DNA of 64,000 nucleotides, filler included, from Sphacelaria rigidula (lineage: Eukaryota), in the NCBI GenBank assembly GCA_964200075.2. It is 3 parts of 3 records of this genome, joined end to end, with 100 filler letters (N's around TTAATTAATTAA, not from the genome) between each part and the next. Parts side by side here need not be neighbours in the genome. Positions count along the whole stretch, not along the records: positions 21,704 to 43,302 come from CAXNAA020000404.1; positions 43,403 to 64,000 come from CAXNAA020000511.1; 1 more part is not named here. One strand, 5' to 3'. The position numbers and the translations under genes were made by a program. This document shows, piece after piece, positions 41,553 through 54,600 of the stretch; the stretch's first letter is position 1, and every line of letters starts with the position of its first letter. The notes under the pieces were generated by a model. The model made no database searches and was not told the origin of the DNA. It was given only the letters and a program-made list of their open reading frames with translations.

Positions 41553-43302
41553 CTTTTGATCGTGAACGTTTCACAAACCGAAAAAAAAAAAATCCGGGAA
41601 AAAACGGAGGTATGATCGTTTTCATGAGTGATTGATTGATTGTCGTACTACCTTATCTTATCCACAGGGATCCAGCCGTGGTCACGTTATGGACGTACAC
41701 AGGACAAAACAAAACCGAAGCACTTGCTGAAGATTGTTTTTTTCATTTGATCGAAAGGATGTCGCACTTAAAGTGATCCCCGAGGGGTGAAGCCGTGGTA
41801 ACATGATGGACGTACACACGAAAAACAAAGCTGAAACACTCGCTCTGGAAAAAGAAGGGACAGCAAAAGAAAATAGTGGAACAGAACGGCATAGTGGGAG
41901 GAAAAAAAAAGAAACAGATAATGCAGAACAGAACAACGTAGCAGACTGAAAAATGCGCAAAGAAAGAGCATGTATAAATATGAAACAAAAGAACATGCCT
42001 TGTCAAAAAGCCGCGATGGTGCGCAGGGAGTGACTGGAGACCCTCTCCACCCCTCTCCCATCATAGGATCACTCAACAATACGTTCACATCGAAGCAGTG
42101 AGGACGAAACACAGAAAACAAAGAAACTTAACAGCACTGCCGCGCTCCGCACATACCCACAGCTGAGGCCTCACGCCGGGGCGTGCTGCACACTCAACCT
42201 CGTATTTCGTTCAACCAACACGCATCGCCCCGACGGGCATCGTAACGCTTCTCCAAGTCGACTGCTGCGTAACCCACGGGCAATTTTTAACGTACCCGGC
42301 CCGCGGTTATTTTTCGAGACAACGTTCTCTCATCACTTTTCTAGTCCGTGTTCCCTCCTCCCGAAGGCGAGTCCGTAGGCTCAAGGCATTAGCCGGCCCA
42401 TATTTGATCTCCTGGATCGAAAAGTTGCATCTCACATTTTTTGTCTAGTATGGGACCCGCGCTGCCATCGCCCGTCTACTTTTGTCTGCTCTTCATGATG
42501 TTTTGCCGACGCACATTCTCACGTACGTCTGGTGAAAACAAACCTTGCTTCGGGATACATTCACATTTTCCCCCTCATGACAACGCTTTCGTGAGATGGA
42601 GAGTAGAGCGCTGATTGAGAGTGAGCTTGATCACTTGCTTTAACTTGGCCAATTTTTTAATTTCGTGTGTGCTTTTCTTTGCCTCCAACACTGGTGATGT
42701 ACTTACAGCTAGACGTCGACATCCTTCTCAGGGATACCAATGGCCTCAGTGGCAAGCTACTACAGAAAGCATATCGGGCCCCGCGAAGGTGCATTTCGGA
42801 ACTGAAACGAGTCAGTCACCGTTTGACCGTTTTTTTACTCTCAATCGCATCCTCTACTCTCAATCTCACGAAAACATTGTTCCATGTAGTCAATCGAGTC
42901 TATACCACTCAAATGACCCCGAGAGTGCCCGTGGTAACGGTTTCGAGACTTGTTCGGCTGACAGACCCGCGGGATAATGGAGGATGGCCATTGTAGGCGT
43001 AGATGGAAGCTAAGTGGAGACGGACAGTCAGCAGGGATGATGCAAAGCGGACCGGTTCGACCAGCAGGTGTGCCGCAGCCGTTTCTGATCGGGGTCGAGT
43101 GCGCAGGGGGGTTTTCATCCTCGTTCATATACACGATAAGTGGGCAAAGCGTAGCTGCCCGTTTTTTTTTATCCCATCCACACTTTGAACCCCTCCCCTT
43201 CCTCGGGATAAGCTCGTGGTCTCAAGGAATCGACTTATCTCTCCCCCGGTACGTGCCTTTCATTTTGGTCCCGCGGATTGGGTCAGCACTCCCGCACCGC
43301 GT

Positions 43303-43402
43303 NNNNNNNNNNNNNNNNNNNNNNNNNNNNNNNNNNNNNNNNNNNNTTAATTAATTAANNNNNNNNNNNNNNNNNNNNNNNNNNNNNNNNNNNNNNNNNN
43401 NN
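43303..43402. other. Assembly gap with artificial TTAATTAATTAA linker
   Basis: Same spacer as at 21604-21703. Confidence 0.97.
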
Positions 43403-44214
43403 GTTACAGTAGAACTTGGGTGCTCTTCAATAAAATATCTCAAACCATTATCCTGTGCCTGAGCCAAGGAATAACCCAAGTGGTCACCCTTGACGTATAA
43501 TACGTACTTTTAACATGCCTACGACCTATTAACTGGTGTACGCACGCTTTGAACGCCATTGCTCCACGGCGGGCAACCTCCGGCAACCTGCCGCCCGCAA
43601 CATAGGTTGCACAAGGTCTGTAACGTCCGCTTGCCAGGTTACAGGGACCCCAGTGGCCACCCGTGAAGCGCTGGGCACCAATATAATAAATACCCATGCC
43701 CACTGCTGTGTTGTACTGTATACTGTTTAGGCGTGCGGAGCACCGGGTTGTGTGCCAATCGTCCGCCACACAACTGGCCACCCCAAATGAACGGTTTAAT
43801 CACCGGTCAGTCTACAGTCAATCGATAGCATTTACTGCCAGAAGATACGCAGACCTTCGCACATCATAGTTGTCTTTATTTGTTTGAAACCGCTCTCCGC
43901 GAGCAATAGATCAGGGAGCTGTGCAGTCTAGCACAATATGCCTCGCGATCGCGTCCAACAGCATGAATTATCGCAACTACTTAAATAAGTCGCTTGAAGT
44001 ATTGATTTGCAGACCTGAAGGTTTATCAGGGCTCCTCCAAATAGCAGCAGCCCTGACTGCCTGTGTCGAAATTCGACTATTCTCCGTGAAAGATACACGG
44101 ACATACCCTTTGCATCCCTCTCCTCATGTGGGAACGTTCGCATAAGGCAAATAAATAAAGCAGCAGGTGATCTGGCGAATGCAGCATGTTTTCAGATACA
44201 ACAGTACAGGTGTC

Positions 44215-44562
44215 AGTTGTTGTGTGTGTTGTCGTCCCATCTATTCTGGACGCCCGTCTACACCTTTCGCTATATGTGGGCGCATCAGCCGAGGTCGCAC
44301 AGAAGGAAGGTCAACACAGGAGCTTTTTCTTTTTTATTTGTTTTTAGTACCCCATCTTCGCTTGCCTTTTATCGCGAGAGGGGTTCAGCAGCCCCTTTCC
44401 CTCGTCGACCGTTAAGTCGAATTTTGTGTACCCACGACATAGTCGCTCTCCACTATTATTGGGCATGGTGTGAGAAAAAATCCCAGATTGCTCCGGGAAT
44501 CGAACTCCGCTACTCAACCGCCAGAAGGTTATGAGGTTACCAACTGAGCCACCGGGGCGACC
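44215..44562 (-). mobile_element. tRNA-derived SINE, copy 1
   Basis: Minus-strand head GGTCGCCCCGGTGGCTCAGTTGG (A box) ... GAGTTCGATTCC (B box). Body homologous to copy 2, with a CA-type tail. Confidence 0.75.
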
Positions 44563-44596
44563 TGCTCAACTACATGTCAGTCGGGGCGATTAATTT

Positions 44597-44607
44597 GTGT
44601 GTGTGTT

Positions 44608-44647
<40 letters not shown>

Positions 44648-45380
44648 CGCGCGCGCGCGCGTGTGTGTCTGTGTGTGTGTCTGTGTGTCTCTGTGTCTCT
44701 GTGTGTGTGTGTGTGTGTGCGTGCGTGCGTGCGCGCCCGCGCGTGTGTGTGATGTCATCTATTCCGGGCGTTAGTCTACGCCTTTCGGTATATGTGCACG
44801 CATCAGCCAGGGTCACACAGGAGGAAAGCCAACAAAGGAGTTTTATTTTTATTTCGTTCTATAAGAGTACTGAGGGATGCTACGGTAGGGGTACACACAT
44901 ATTTTCTGAGGTTAGAATTGTTAGGAGCCCTTTATCTCATCCGAAACACGACTCATGAAAATATGCGAGAGCACACCACGATTACTATTCCAATGTGCGG
45001 GGGTATCCCGAAATAATCTGCAAACGAGGATGCCCTGACCCATATTCTTGTGCGTCTAGAATCGTTAGGAGCCTCTGAACCAGACAAAATTTCGCGAAAA
45101 AAGTGCACTCCTCCTACCGTTGCATTGCTCTACTCCACCTTCCTTGTGCGGTGCTTGCCTTATTTTTTTATCGCGAGAGGGGTTTCTGCAGTCCCTTTTC
45201 GTCGTCGACGGTGAAGTCGAATTTTGTGTACCCACGGCATGGTATGGTCGCCGCCCACTGCTGTCGGGCAATATGGGAGAAAAAAAAACAGATCGTGTCA
45301 CTGCACGGAGATTCGAACCCACGACTCAACCGTCACCGTCAGAAGGTTTCGAGGTTACCGACGGAGCCGCTGGGGCGACC
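44597..45380 (-). mobile_element. tRNA-derived SINE, copy 2, with (CA)n tail and a nested MITE at 44872-45130
   Basis: Head GGTCGCCCCAGCGGCTCCGTCGG ... GGGTTCGAATCTCC. Body is collinear with copy 1 once the MITE is removed. Microsatellite 44597-44750 lies at its 3' end. Confidence 0.75.
44872..45130. mobile_element. MITE family A (TSD TACT), nested in SINE
   Basis: GAGGGATGCTACGGTAGGGG ... CCTACCGTTGCATTGCTC with TACT duplicated. Confidence 0.85.
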
Positions 45381-46699
45381 GTCTGGATACGGTGCGGCAT
45401 AATTTCAAGCGGTTCGAAAACGAAACCGTCGAATTCGATTAACATTCTAACATTATATGCCCATGGAAATGTCAGCAACGTATGTACATGCCGAGCGAGG
45501 TGGTGCTTCGCTGTGAGGGCCATAGGACCAACCCGATCAGGACGTAATCCAATCAAGCGACAGCACAGCATCAAGAACGAGGAATCTCGGAACAGGTATG
45601 AAGAAGGTGGACTGCCATGGAGGATGGTTGGTCGTAGCCCTGTTATACAGCCAGTCATAGCCACATCATGACTCCATCCTTGGCACATTTTTGGCTATTG
45701 AGTTTAGGTCCTCGATACCGCCGAGAGTTGTAGCAGACCATCGTTGCCGACTGTCATAGATTGGTTGCCATAGATGGCAGTCGCCGGGCTAGGAGCACCG
45801 TGGGACGCTGTGCTCAGTTGCACGGGGTCGAGCACAAGTAATTGTCGTTATTTATAAAATGGTGTGCATGATGCGGAGCCTTTGAACACCGTGCTTCCAT
45901 GTACTGCACTGTTTACACAGTGCTGCTGCTGTGTGAGCGCTGCGGACAGCATAGCTCTTCATACAACCTTTCAATTCAACATATCGCGATCGTTTTGATG
46001 ACTTGATAACTTTTTTTCTGTCCCGATTTTCGGCGCGCGCATACCTCATCTCTGCAACAGCAGTAGGTTCAAGCCAACCCACGGTATGGAAAGGGGGAGA
46101 GTCGACCAATTGTTCGATCGGATCCAGCCCCTAGGAGGCGTTGTTCGAGGCAACAACACAATAGTACTAGCTAAGCCAGCATGAAACAAGTTTTAGTGGT
46201 AGACCAGCTTCGCGCGGCTCGCTTCTGAGTAATACGGTCGTTTCTTACGGTCCGTATTCTTTTTAGCTCATATTTTTCACTTTTGGGACATGTGACACGG
46301 CTTTTCGCCCCAAAACAGGAAATATCGCCCTCACACGTCTTGTGGACATCGCCCCACCGAGAGGAGACTAGCCCAATTTTCCGATTCGCTTGGCTCCCGA
46401 GATTTCGAGAACGAACGGCCTCGCAGGACAACAATACGGCTTGAAAAATCAACGTGAACCTATCTGCAGACACCGCATTATATTTGAAGCCGTATTTTGT
46501 TCTTGAGGCCGTTCTCGAAAGCGCCTCTTTGAACTTGGCGTTTAATTTTGACCCAATACAAATGCAACAGCGTTTTTCAACAGCCGATTTCGGTACGAAA
46601 TATTAAGAACAGTTGTGATGAGCGACGAGTTGGATTTTAAAAACGGTGAAAAGGAGCCACGCCGGCTTCATAGTTTCGGGCGGTCCGCCGGATCAAAAT

Positions 46700-46960
46700 A
46701 AAAAGCGAGATATTATACACATTGAGAAAGCTTCAGGGGACCTTTGTTTTTTCCGGTGGCCCCAGTCATTGTTTTGGCCAAACTTGCGTCTTTATCTCGG
46801 AACGGTCAAGCCCAGAATGATCTACTAGTTCTTTCTAGACTCGACCGTTCTTGACCGTTCTTGGACAAAAACGCAAGTTTCGCCGGGAAAAAAGTGCGGC
46901 CACCGGAAAACGCGAAGGTGTCCCGAAACGATCCCGACGAGTAGATAGACCAGTATTTAC
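46700..46960. repeat. Imperfect palindrome, probable old MITE
   Basis: TTCCGGTGGCC..AAACTTGCGT..GAACGGTCAAG is mirrored by CTTGACCGTTC..ACGCAAGTTT..GGCCACCGGAA. Confidence 0.6.
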
Positions 46961-47785
46961 AAAGTACACTACCGATGCGCTACCAACTTGGTAGGGATCG
47001 CCGTCATGACAAACCGTTGCCGCGGTTCCCCCAGTGCACCACCAACTTGGTCGAGGCCGCTTCTAGATCGTTGCGGCACACTCCGTAACTACCGAAGTAT
47101 TTTCGGGAGTAATATCGATGGGCAATTTTGCCGCGCCGTTCCGGGGTTCCCTCATCCTCAATGAAAACCGCCATTCTCAAGTTCGATGTTCGGCTGTTCT
47201 TATTATGCAGAACGTGCCTCTTCTTTGTTCGGCGACAGAGCGTGCATCAGCAAGTTGATTTGCATTTCACACAGCGATATAATTACATTGGGTTCATTCG
47301 AAAAATCGTAGAAGTCATCGTGTGCGAGAGAAATATAATCTTTTGGGCTAGGCTGGCTCAGCTCGTACTCAACATGGTTTACGTGATGCCGATATTCAGC
47401 GAGACACCGGTTGATTGACGACGCTTTACCTCTTGACAGAAACCTCTCAGATATGTGTCGTTGTATATCACACCCATCAACCCTGATATTTCTTATTTCG
47501 GGAAACAGTTTCCACATAACCTCCCGTTGGATGGCTCCTGTCTACTTGTACTATCCTCCATGTACACCACCTGCGACAGGACGCGTGTTTCAAGTCACTT
47601 TCCGTTGCTTCACGTATGGGCCCTGTTTACCCTCCCAACCCTGGGACTTTCCTTCATACGAGACACCTCGCTCTTGTTCTCTGGCAATTCATCGATGATT
47701 TGAGTTTCCTGTACACGTTTGCTTCTCACCGAAGGGCACTCTCCAAGCAAACGTTCGTCGCCGCCGCTTGTGCCTGCTGGATGGT

Positions 47786-47786
<1 letters not shown>

Positions 47787-47840
<54 letters not shown>
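47787..47840. repeat. (CAG)n microsatellite just upstream of the plus-strand gene ATG
   Basis: Direct reading, about 18 units. Confidence 0.95.
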
Positions 47841-47841
<1 letters not shown>

Positions 47842-47853
47842 GCCAGCGACAGG

Positions 47854-50800
47854 ATGAACGGCGACGATGGTGATGTGGCTTGTGACAGCGAAATGATCGA
47901 CGGTTTGATCGGCCAGCTCGAAACGTCGAGCGTCGGCCATGCAGGCAGCAGCAGTGGTGGTACAAGCCACGACAGTAGTGGCGGAGAGGGTTTTTGGTCA
48001 ACCATGCAGACAGCAGTGTACATGACCGGCATGCACCTCTTCGTGCGCGAAAAACTCCGGGTGCAGAACCTCCTTGCCTTCGAGATAGCTGAGGCAGAGC
48101 AGGACGATGACGATCCTAACACCATTGAGCTCAAGGTGTAAAACCAGCTAGTTACCTACATGAATGGCGAAATGCTCCTGCACCGACAGTACGAACCCCT
48201 TAGCCGCGAGTTGTAAGATACTTTGTGTTCCATCGTAGTTTCTTGTGCTCTGCGTTGCGTCCTCCGTCACTACTGTCGTGGATGATTCTAGACCCTGAAA
48301 ATTGCCGTCCGCTCTGCCGACGGCGTCCGAAACCAACGATAGGGCGACATATCGATGTACTCGCTGGAACAGCAGAAAAAACGCCGGGCGCACAAAAAAA
48401 GCCCCGGCTTTTTGTGGGCGGTACGCAGACTCTGGGATACGACCGAGCTCTCCATGAACCGAATGAAGCGCAACCAAGCATCTTCCACCGCAACCGCAGC
48501 GGCATCGACAGTGGTTGACAGGGGCGCCAATGAAGGCGAAAATGTGACGACCGTGGTATCGGAGGCGGTAGACTCAGATAAGCCTTCAGGTGGCATAGAC
48601 AAAAATGCTTTCGTCGATCTGATGGTCAAGATCCATTATCTGATATTTTGCCCTCCGGTGGATCGTGAGATGGCCGTGCAGAACTCACTCGCTGACTGGA
48701 CCAAAGATCACGGAGAAGGTGACGACGAATCTGTCATGACTTACGACCACTTCGTCGAGTCAATGTTCGAACTGGTAAGAGTTGTACCAGTATAGTATAG
48801 TCACACAATCTGGGTATACGTCCCACCACAATCAATCGATTATGCGATGGGCTAGACACTACCTATACAGACGAACTAACATATGATCTACCCACTCTGT
48901 TTCGGTAGCCTTAGACGGAAACACAATGCGTTTTTTTTCCTGTGTATATTACATACTCTGCGAGACACAGTTGAGTAGGGTGGTATTGCGAACGTCCCGA
49001 GACGAATAGTGAAAGTTTAAGACGGAAGACGATTACGATCCACAAATCCCGTAGTTCTGTGCGCCCTCGAAGACGGCAAAAAAATGTGCCCTTGTGTAGG
49101 AACGACTTTTTCATCCGGGTTCTTGTTTACACGTGCACATGACACGCAACGCGACTTCTTGCGGTGTATATCATTTCCCCGAAAATATCGTCGCCAGAGG
49201 GCATTTTCCCATTGCCCACAAGTGTGCGATCAACGCGACCGTTGTGTGAGTAACGCTCGGAGCTCCAAAAAGTGACAGGAAGGCAGACTTAACAGATCGA
49301 TCATCTCCGCGATAAAAGAGGGCTACCGTGCTCGACCAGCCCGTGCTGGTACCTAGTCATTGGGAATCGCCAACCAACAAAACTCGGCGAAACAAGTCCT
49401 GTACGCGTCGCACACGTGCACGTTGAGACCTCGTAGTAGTAAGCCGTCACCTCTTGCCCTGTGAAAGCAGATTCGGAGAACTTGACTAGGTATAGAAGCA
49501 TACTGTAGCGCGGAACGTTGCACGCATCATATATATATATATATATATATACGTGCGCGTTATTTTTTCAACCCGCAATGACTATAGCAAACCACCGTAA
49601 TAGCACGTTTTGTTTGGGTTGACTCCTGGATGGGGCGCGGGATGTGAGTGGCCAGGTGGACCTGTGGACAGAGACCTCCGAGGAAGAAGAGTACGCCGAA
49701 CTATCCAAGCTCATCGCTGAAGGCATAACCACAGAGGCCGAAAATGAGACAGATGCCAAAGCCTTGATAGCAGCGGCAGAGGCCGAAGATAAATTCCACG
49801 AAGAGAGTACGACTACTACTACTCGATACAGGCGAGAATAGCGACGCTCTTGGTTGGTTCGGTGAGCTTCAGCGGTAGTCCTTGGCGGGAGAGAGAGTGG
49901 AGCATGAGCTCGTCATCTCAGTCCCAGCTACTGACGGCTTGGCTGACATCTGATCGTCGCGATAGCAAAATACTGAAAATGGAAAAACCGCCGAGTTGCA
50001 TGACCCGTTGGTAGCAAAAACCGTCATACTCCATGCGTACTTCGAACACGGGGTTTTATATATTGAGGATAGGATTTTGCTTGAGGGTGAACCTTGGGCA
50101 CCTTCATAAGCATCGGAATATTCCCTGAAATATAATTCAAAGGCACTCCTATCCGGCCGTGATATGTGCCCTCGCTCGTCCGAGAAAGAAATCCATCCGC
50201 GATTCGTTAACTGCCGTTTTTTACGGGGATTCCGAACAATAAGAACAATTTTCTGTACGGGAATGAGCGGAGGCCGAAAGGTTTCTGTGTGAACACCAAA
50301 AATTTACAATTTACGAGTGGATTGTTCTGAGGATGAGCAAGACCACGCATCATGATCGGAGAGTGCTTTTGTCTCTATCGTTTCGAAATATTTCGAAGCT
50401 TATGAAGGTTCCCAAGTTCATCTTTAAAACAAAACACATCATCAATTGGTCAAACGCCGTGCTTTCGGGGCGTTCCCTTTGGGTGGCCACGCCTTCTGGA
50501 CCGAAATCAATGTCATCAGACTCGGGTGAATATCGGGATGGAAATAATCAGCGTAGCTTGACCTACTTCCAAATTCCTGGGGTGATATCTCCACATAGCG
50601 AGTGATATCGTCACATAGCTCTTGCCCGGGCCAGAGCATTTGAGATGACGAAGTCTCTTGGCTGGCTGATCCGGAGGGGGGTACCCCATATTGTGCCATC
50701 CCATTAACTCCGAGTTTTTCGCGTGGAGAAATTTCGTTTCGTTTGAGCAGAAGAAGCCGCGATTTTGCTGTGGAGCGCGGTGTTGATGAACCCTGCCATT

Positions 50801-51222
50801 CCCGGCCCACACAGATTGAAACGAGACGAAGAGATCATCTTCAACCGAAGGTTCACGGTGGCTACCATAGATGCGGAGGATTCCGAGGTACGTCGACAAA
50901 TGCCCGATGCATCCCGTATCCCTCATGTGCAATCCTCTGCTGAACGCTGCTTCGCCCGCGCATCATTTCCCCGAGTTTTTGTCACGTGTATATCTGCTGC
51001 TCTCGGGTTAGCGATGTACAGGGTGCTCGTGTTTCCTCTTGAGGCGATCGCCCCTGTCCCCCCATCTAGAAACGATGGGTGCTTGCTTTCATCAATCATA
51101 AGCAAGACGGGGGGCAGGGGGTCACGCTGTTCCCAAGTCATACCGCAGATCTACGAGGGTACCCATTCTCAATATTTTTGTTCTCTCTCCACACCATGAT
51201 GATCTCGCCCTGGGGAAGCGGC

Positions 51223-51290
<68 letters not shown>

Positions 51291-51621
51291 AAGTGCGTGT
51301 GTAAACAAATCTGATGTCATGACACGCGTGCGCTCTCTCGACAGTTTGTAGACGGTTATGGATGGTCGATACTGTGATCCGAGCTGAACATCGATGTATG
51401 CGTGTACGGTGCGCATTGTGAGCCGTGCCTGCCACGCGTGTACAGGGCGATGTACCCCCTCAAGAACGTGATAGCGGTACGTTCAGCGGCGAAACAAGAC
51501 ACGCGGCGAGAGGAAAGGTGACCTTTGCAAAAGGGGTGGGGCGTGAATCGGTAGGCGGACAAGATCATGGTGCCACAGGATTGCGTGACAAGAGTCACTT
51601 GCAAAGGGCGATGGCACGGCG
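47854..51621 (+). pseudogene. Uncharacterised protein with EF-hand-like conserved domain, apparently disrupted; exons ~47854-48135, 48292-48774, 49656-49861, 50751-50887, 51446-51621
   Basis: Phase-0 junctions join ..IELK|TLK.. and SMFEL|VDLWTET..EY. Motif string GD..MYS.E..KKR..LW..IDK..F..LM.KIH..DW.KD..M.YD.F..SMFELVDLWT looks like a conserved eukaryotic EF-hand-like domain. In-frame TAG at 48340-48342, and a second TAG plus phase mismatch at the end of exon 3. Confidence 0.6.
51226..51289. repeat. (TG)n microsatellite
   Basis: Direct reading. Confidence 0.95.
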
Positions 51622-54600
51622 GTAAGAAATTTGAACTCCAGCTGCTGTAGTACTCGGAGAGAGTCGCAGGGCGGTGTGTACACTAGTTTTTACAATCAAT
51701 TCCTATGGTGAAGTGCAACGACTTTCAGCGATAGTGTTGCCATCATCCATAAGACGAAAAAGCCGTCTACCCGTCGTTTCGGTGTTTTTTTTGCTGTATC
51801 ACTGGCGGTGATACAAACGGACGGAGAGTTATGCGTTCATACTTACGTCAAATCGATCTCGTCCCCCGCCGAAATATGTCGCAGCTCTCTCAAGAAACTG
51901 TGGGTGGTTTTGTTACTTCAGACTGCTTTGATTCCTGGTACTATCTACGACTGTTGTAGCTTGCAGCTCCCATGAATGTAGTGGACACCCTCGGCGTTTA
52001 CCCTTGGCGGTGCGAAACGTATTCCTGCTCCGCAGCACTCGAATATATTGCCCCCCCTGTAGGATAAGGTTTGTAATACTACGAGTTGCCAAATGACACC
52101 GGGTTCAGGACGCTTCTCATTAGAGTAAGTGGGGAAAACTATTTACTTACTTAGATATCCTCGCACCAATCCCCCTCTCCACAACCTCCGGACTTCACGG
52201 CCTCCCGACCTCCCAATCCTCCGACTCCCTGCCCCCACTGTGAGTGGTATGTTCGCCCGACGACTGTTTTACACGATTGTTGTTGCCCAGTGTTGACATT
52301 GATATAAAAAAAAACACAAGTGTCGCGGTTTAACTTTTCCCAGTATTTTGGGCGAAAACCCCGCTGTCGTGTGGTATCACGCAACATCTAGGTCTCCTGT
52401 ATGCATGTTGTTCTACGCGATGTGGACACCTCGGAGTCGATCGACCTTGCCATTTACCGAGAATCGCAGATGACCCTAACAAATCAGTAAAATAGGTTCG
52501 AACCATGACCCACCCGCCACCTTCCACAGGCAAGAGGCGGCTAGGAGGGTAGAAGCATCTCCGGAGGATGTCGACCCTGACGCATCGTTGGCCGGGAGGT
52601 CGCGTATTTCCTTCCGCTCCAACGCGGGCGAGACAGGAATACTGAGCGTTGACCGAGTGAATTCCGCGATTGCGAAGGTGGTGAAGACAGAATGTTTGTT
52701 GGCTTTCTCGCGTCGGCGTTAACCTAGTCCCCCGACGTGTGATGTATTGTGCTCCCGCGTGTGACTTTTCCACGCTATTTTTTTGCTAGTATATCTGTTA
52801 TATATCAATAGAAAAGTATACCGCAAAAAGTCGAGTAACGCCTTGCTCGTGCCGTATAGCAAGTTAACTAAATTTTCGAGTATCGTCATCATCTTGTCGG
52901 TCGCGTGTTCCTTACGTCTTGGATGTTCACCTGTGTAGCAATCCTTGCTGCCAGCAGCTTCCAGTGAAGAGAGTCGTGTGCAGCAATAATTGTTCAAAGT
53001 TGCCTTTGTGTTGGTACTGTGGTTGTCTGTTGCAATCATGTACTGTCACCCACGTGCTTCCTGTGGTGACGGCTTTACGGATCCCCTAGTTCGTCCTCTG
53101 CACTATCCGAAGCGAGAATGAACTTCACATTTCGGCCACCTTGCGATGACGAAAAAACTCCTGCATGAGAGAGCAAGTCTTCGTATTGCACCACAGTATA
53201 ACATTGTATGTATATTTCATACATGATATATATTTCAAACCGTGTCCGAACTATTGAGGCGAGACGGACGATATTGTGTACTGTGACGAAATCACGCCGT
53301 TACGTTGAGTTGGCAGTGATTATCTGGATAATGACCGGGGACACGGGAATGATACCCTGACGGGTCTAAGAGGCTGTGCCTGCAAGGGCACTCCGGATGA
53401 TGAAATGTTGTAAAGGCTGACAACTGGAACTGAGGCCAGTGCGACGGGGGAGTCCCTCAAACAGCAGCGATTCACCAGTCAGTTCTTCTTCTGGCTGGCG
53501 TCACAGCACTCTTTTCTCTCCATTTCAAACGCCTTGCTGAGGAGTCTCCCTGGCTGACTTCCTCGTACGCTGCTGTAGGTATCATAATATTCTCACTCTT
53601 GAACCCTGCGGCGATTCTCGAGGCATGAAATGTTCTTCGCTGCAGAGGGTTAACGCAAGTCTAGCAAAGCCCGCAGTGGGCATGAATATGCGGACACAAA
53701 TCACCGTGTACCATCGCGGTCAGACGATAGCGATAGCACGCGGAGGGAGGGCGCGAGGGCGGGGGGCAGGAGATATCAGTTATTGCTCGGGTCATTTACA
53801 TCGTACCCGACTATGTTTGCTGCCAGCATTTCCGCCGCGGGAAACTTGTGCCGAAACGGGAAACTAGGTGTATATGTCGAAGATGCAAGTTGATGAGAAA
53901 ATGTTGAAGAAAGACGGAGGTTTGACATGGGCGGAGAAGAGTCGGCGAAAAAAACATCAGGTGAGAAAAAGAAAAAAATGAAGACATTTTGAACGTGCAG
54001 TAGTAAACCGGGAGAGTGATACGACGATAGTCGACGGGCGGGGGACGTGATCCGGGTTTAACGCTCAAAACTGAAGTATAGGGCGGGCACGTTCCGGGAG
54101 AGTGACGGACGGATTCCTGGGGACAGTGGACCCGGTCCGAGGAATGGGGATGATTGATCAAACGAGACAAAATGAAAGCGCCCCATGGAGAGGCGCAAGC
54201 GCTCCCTCTCCTGGTCAGCGTGTTGGCGGGTTCGGTTGTCGTTGTAAACAGTGGTATCACTGTGTACCACAAGCGGCTACTTACACAGGCGGTTGGCACT
54301 CGAACTAGCCATATAAGAACACGCACGGTGACTCCGCTGCCAGAGGAATTAATGGTTTCTGTTGTCCATACTTTAATCTGAGCTTTCGCGAAAACAGTAC
54401 ACATACTCCACTGTACTACCGCAGTCACATCCCGAGGTATCTAACTATAGGCGATGGTTGAGTCCTCCTATATATAGGCCAATGCACGAATCCTTCTGAA
54501 TTTAGTTCCCATCGTGTGTATCAGAGACGTTGCAGTTGTCCATCTTATGTCAGCAGCTTGTATTCCACCTACCATCGTCGGCCCGCCGCAACTACATCGC

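Noticed and set aside
44480-44562. tRNA gene
   Set aside because: A and B boxes are present, but I could not fold a proper cloverleaf and it is attached to a repeated SINE body.
44570-44958. ORFs made of CV/HT repeats, and most other short ORFs in the supplied track
   Set aside because: Microsatellite or repeat-derived frames, or antisense shadows of real exons.
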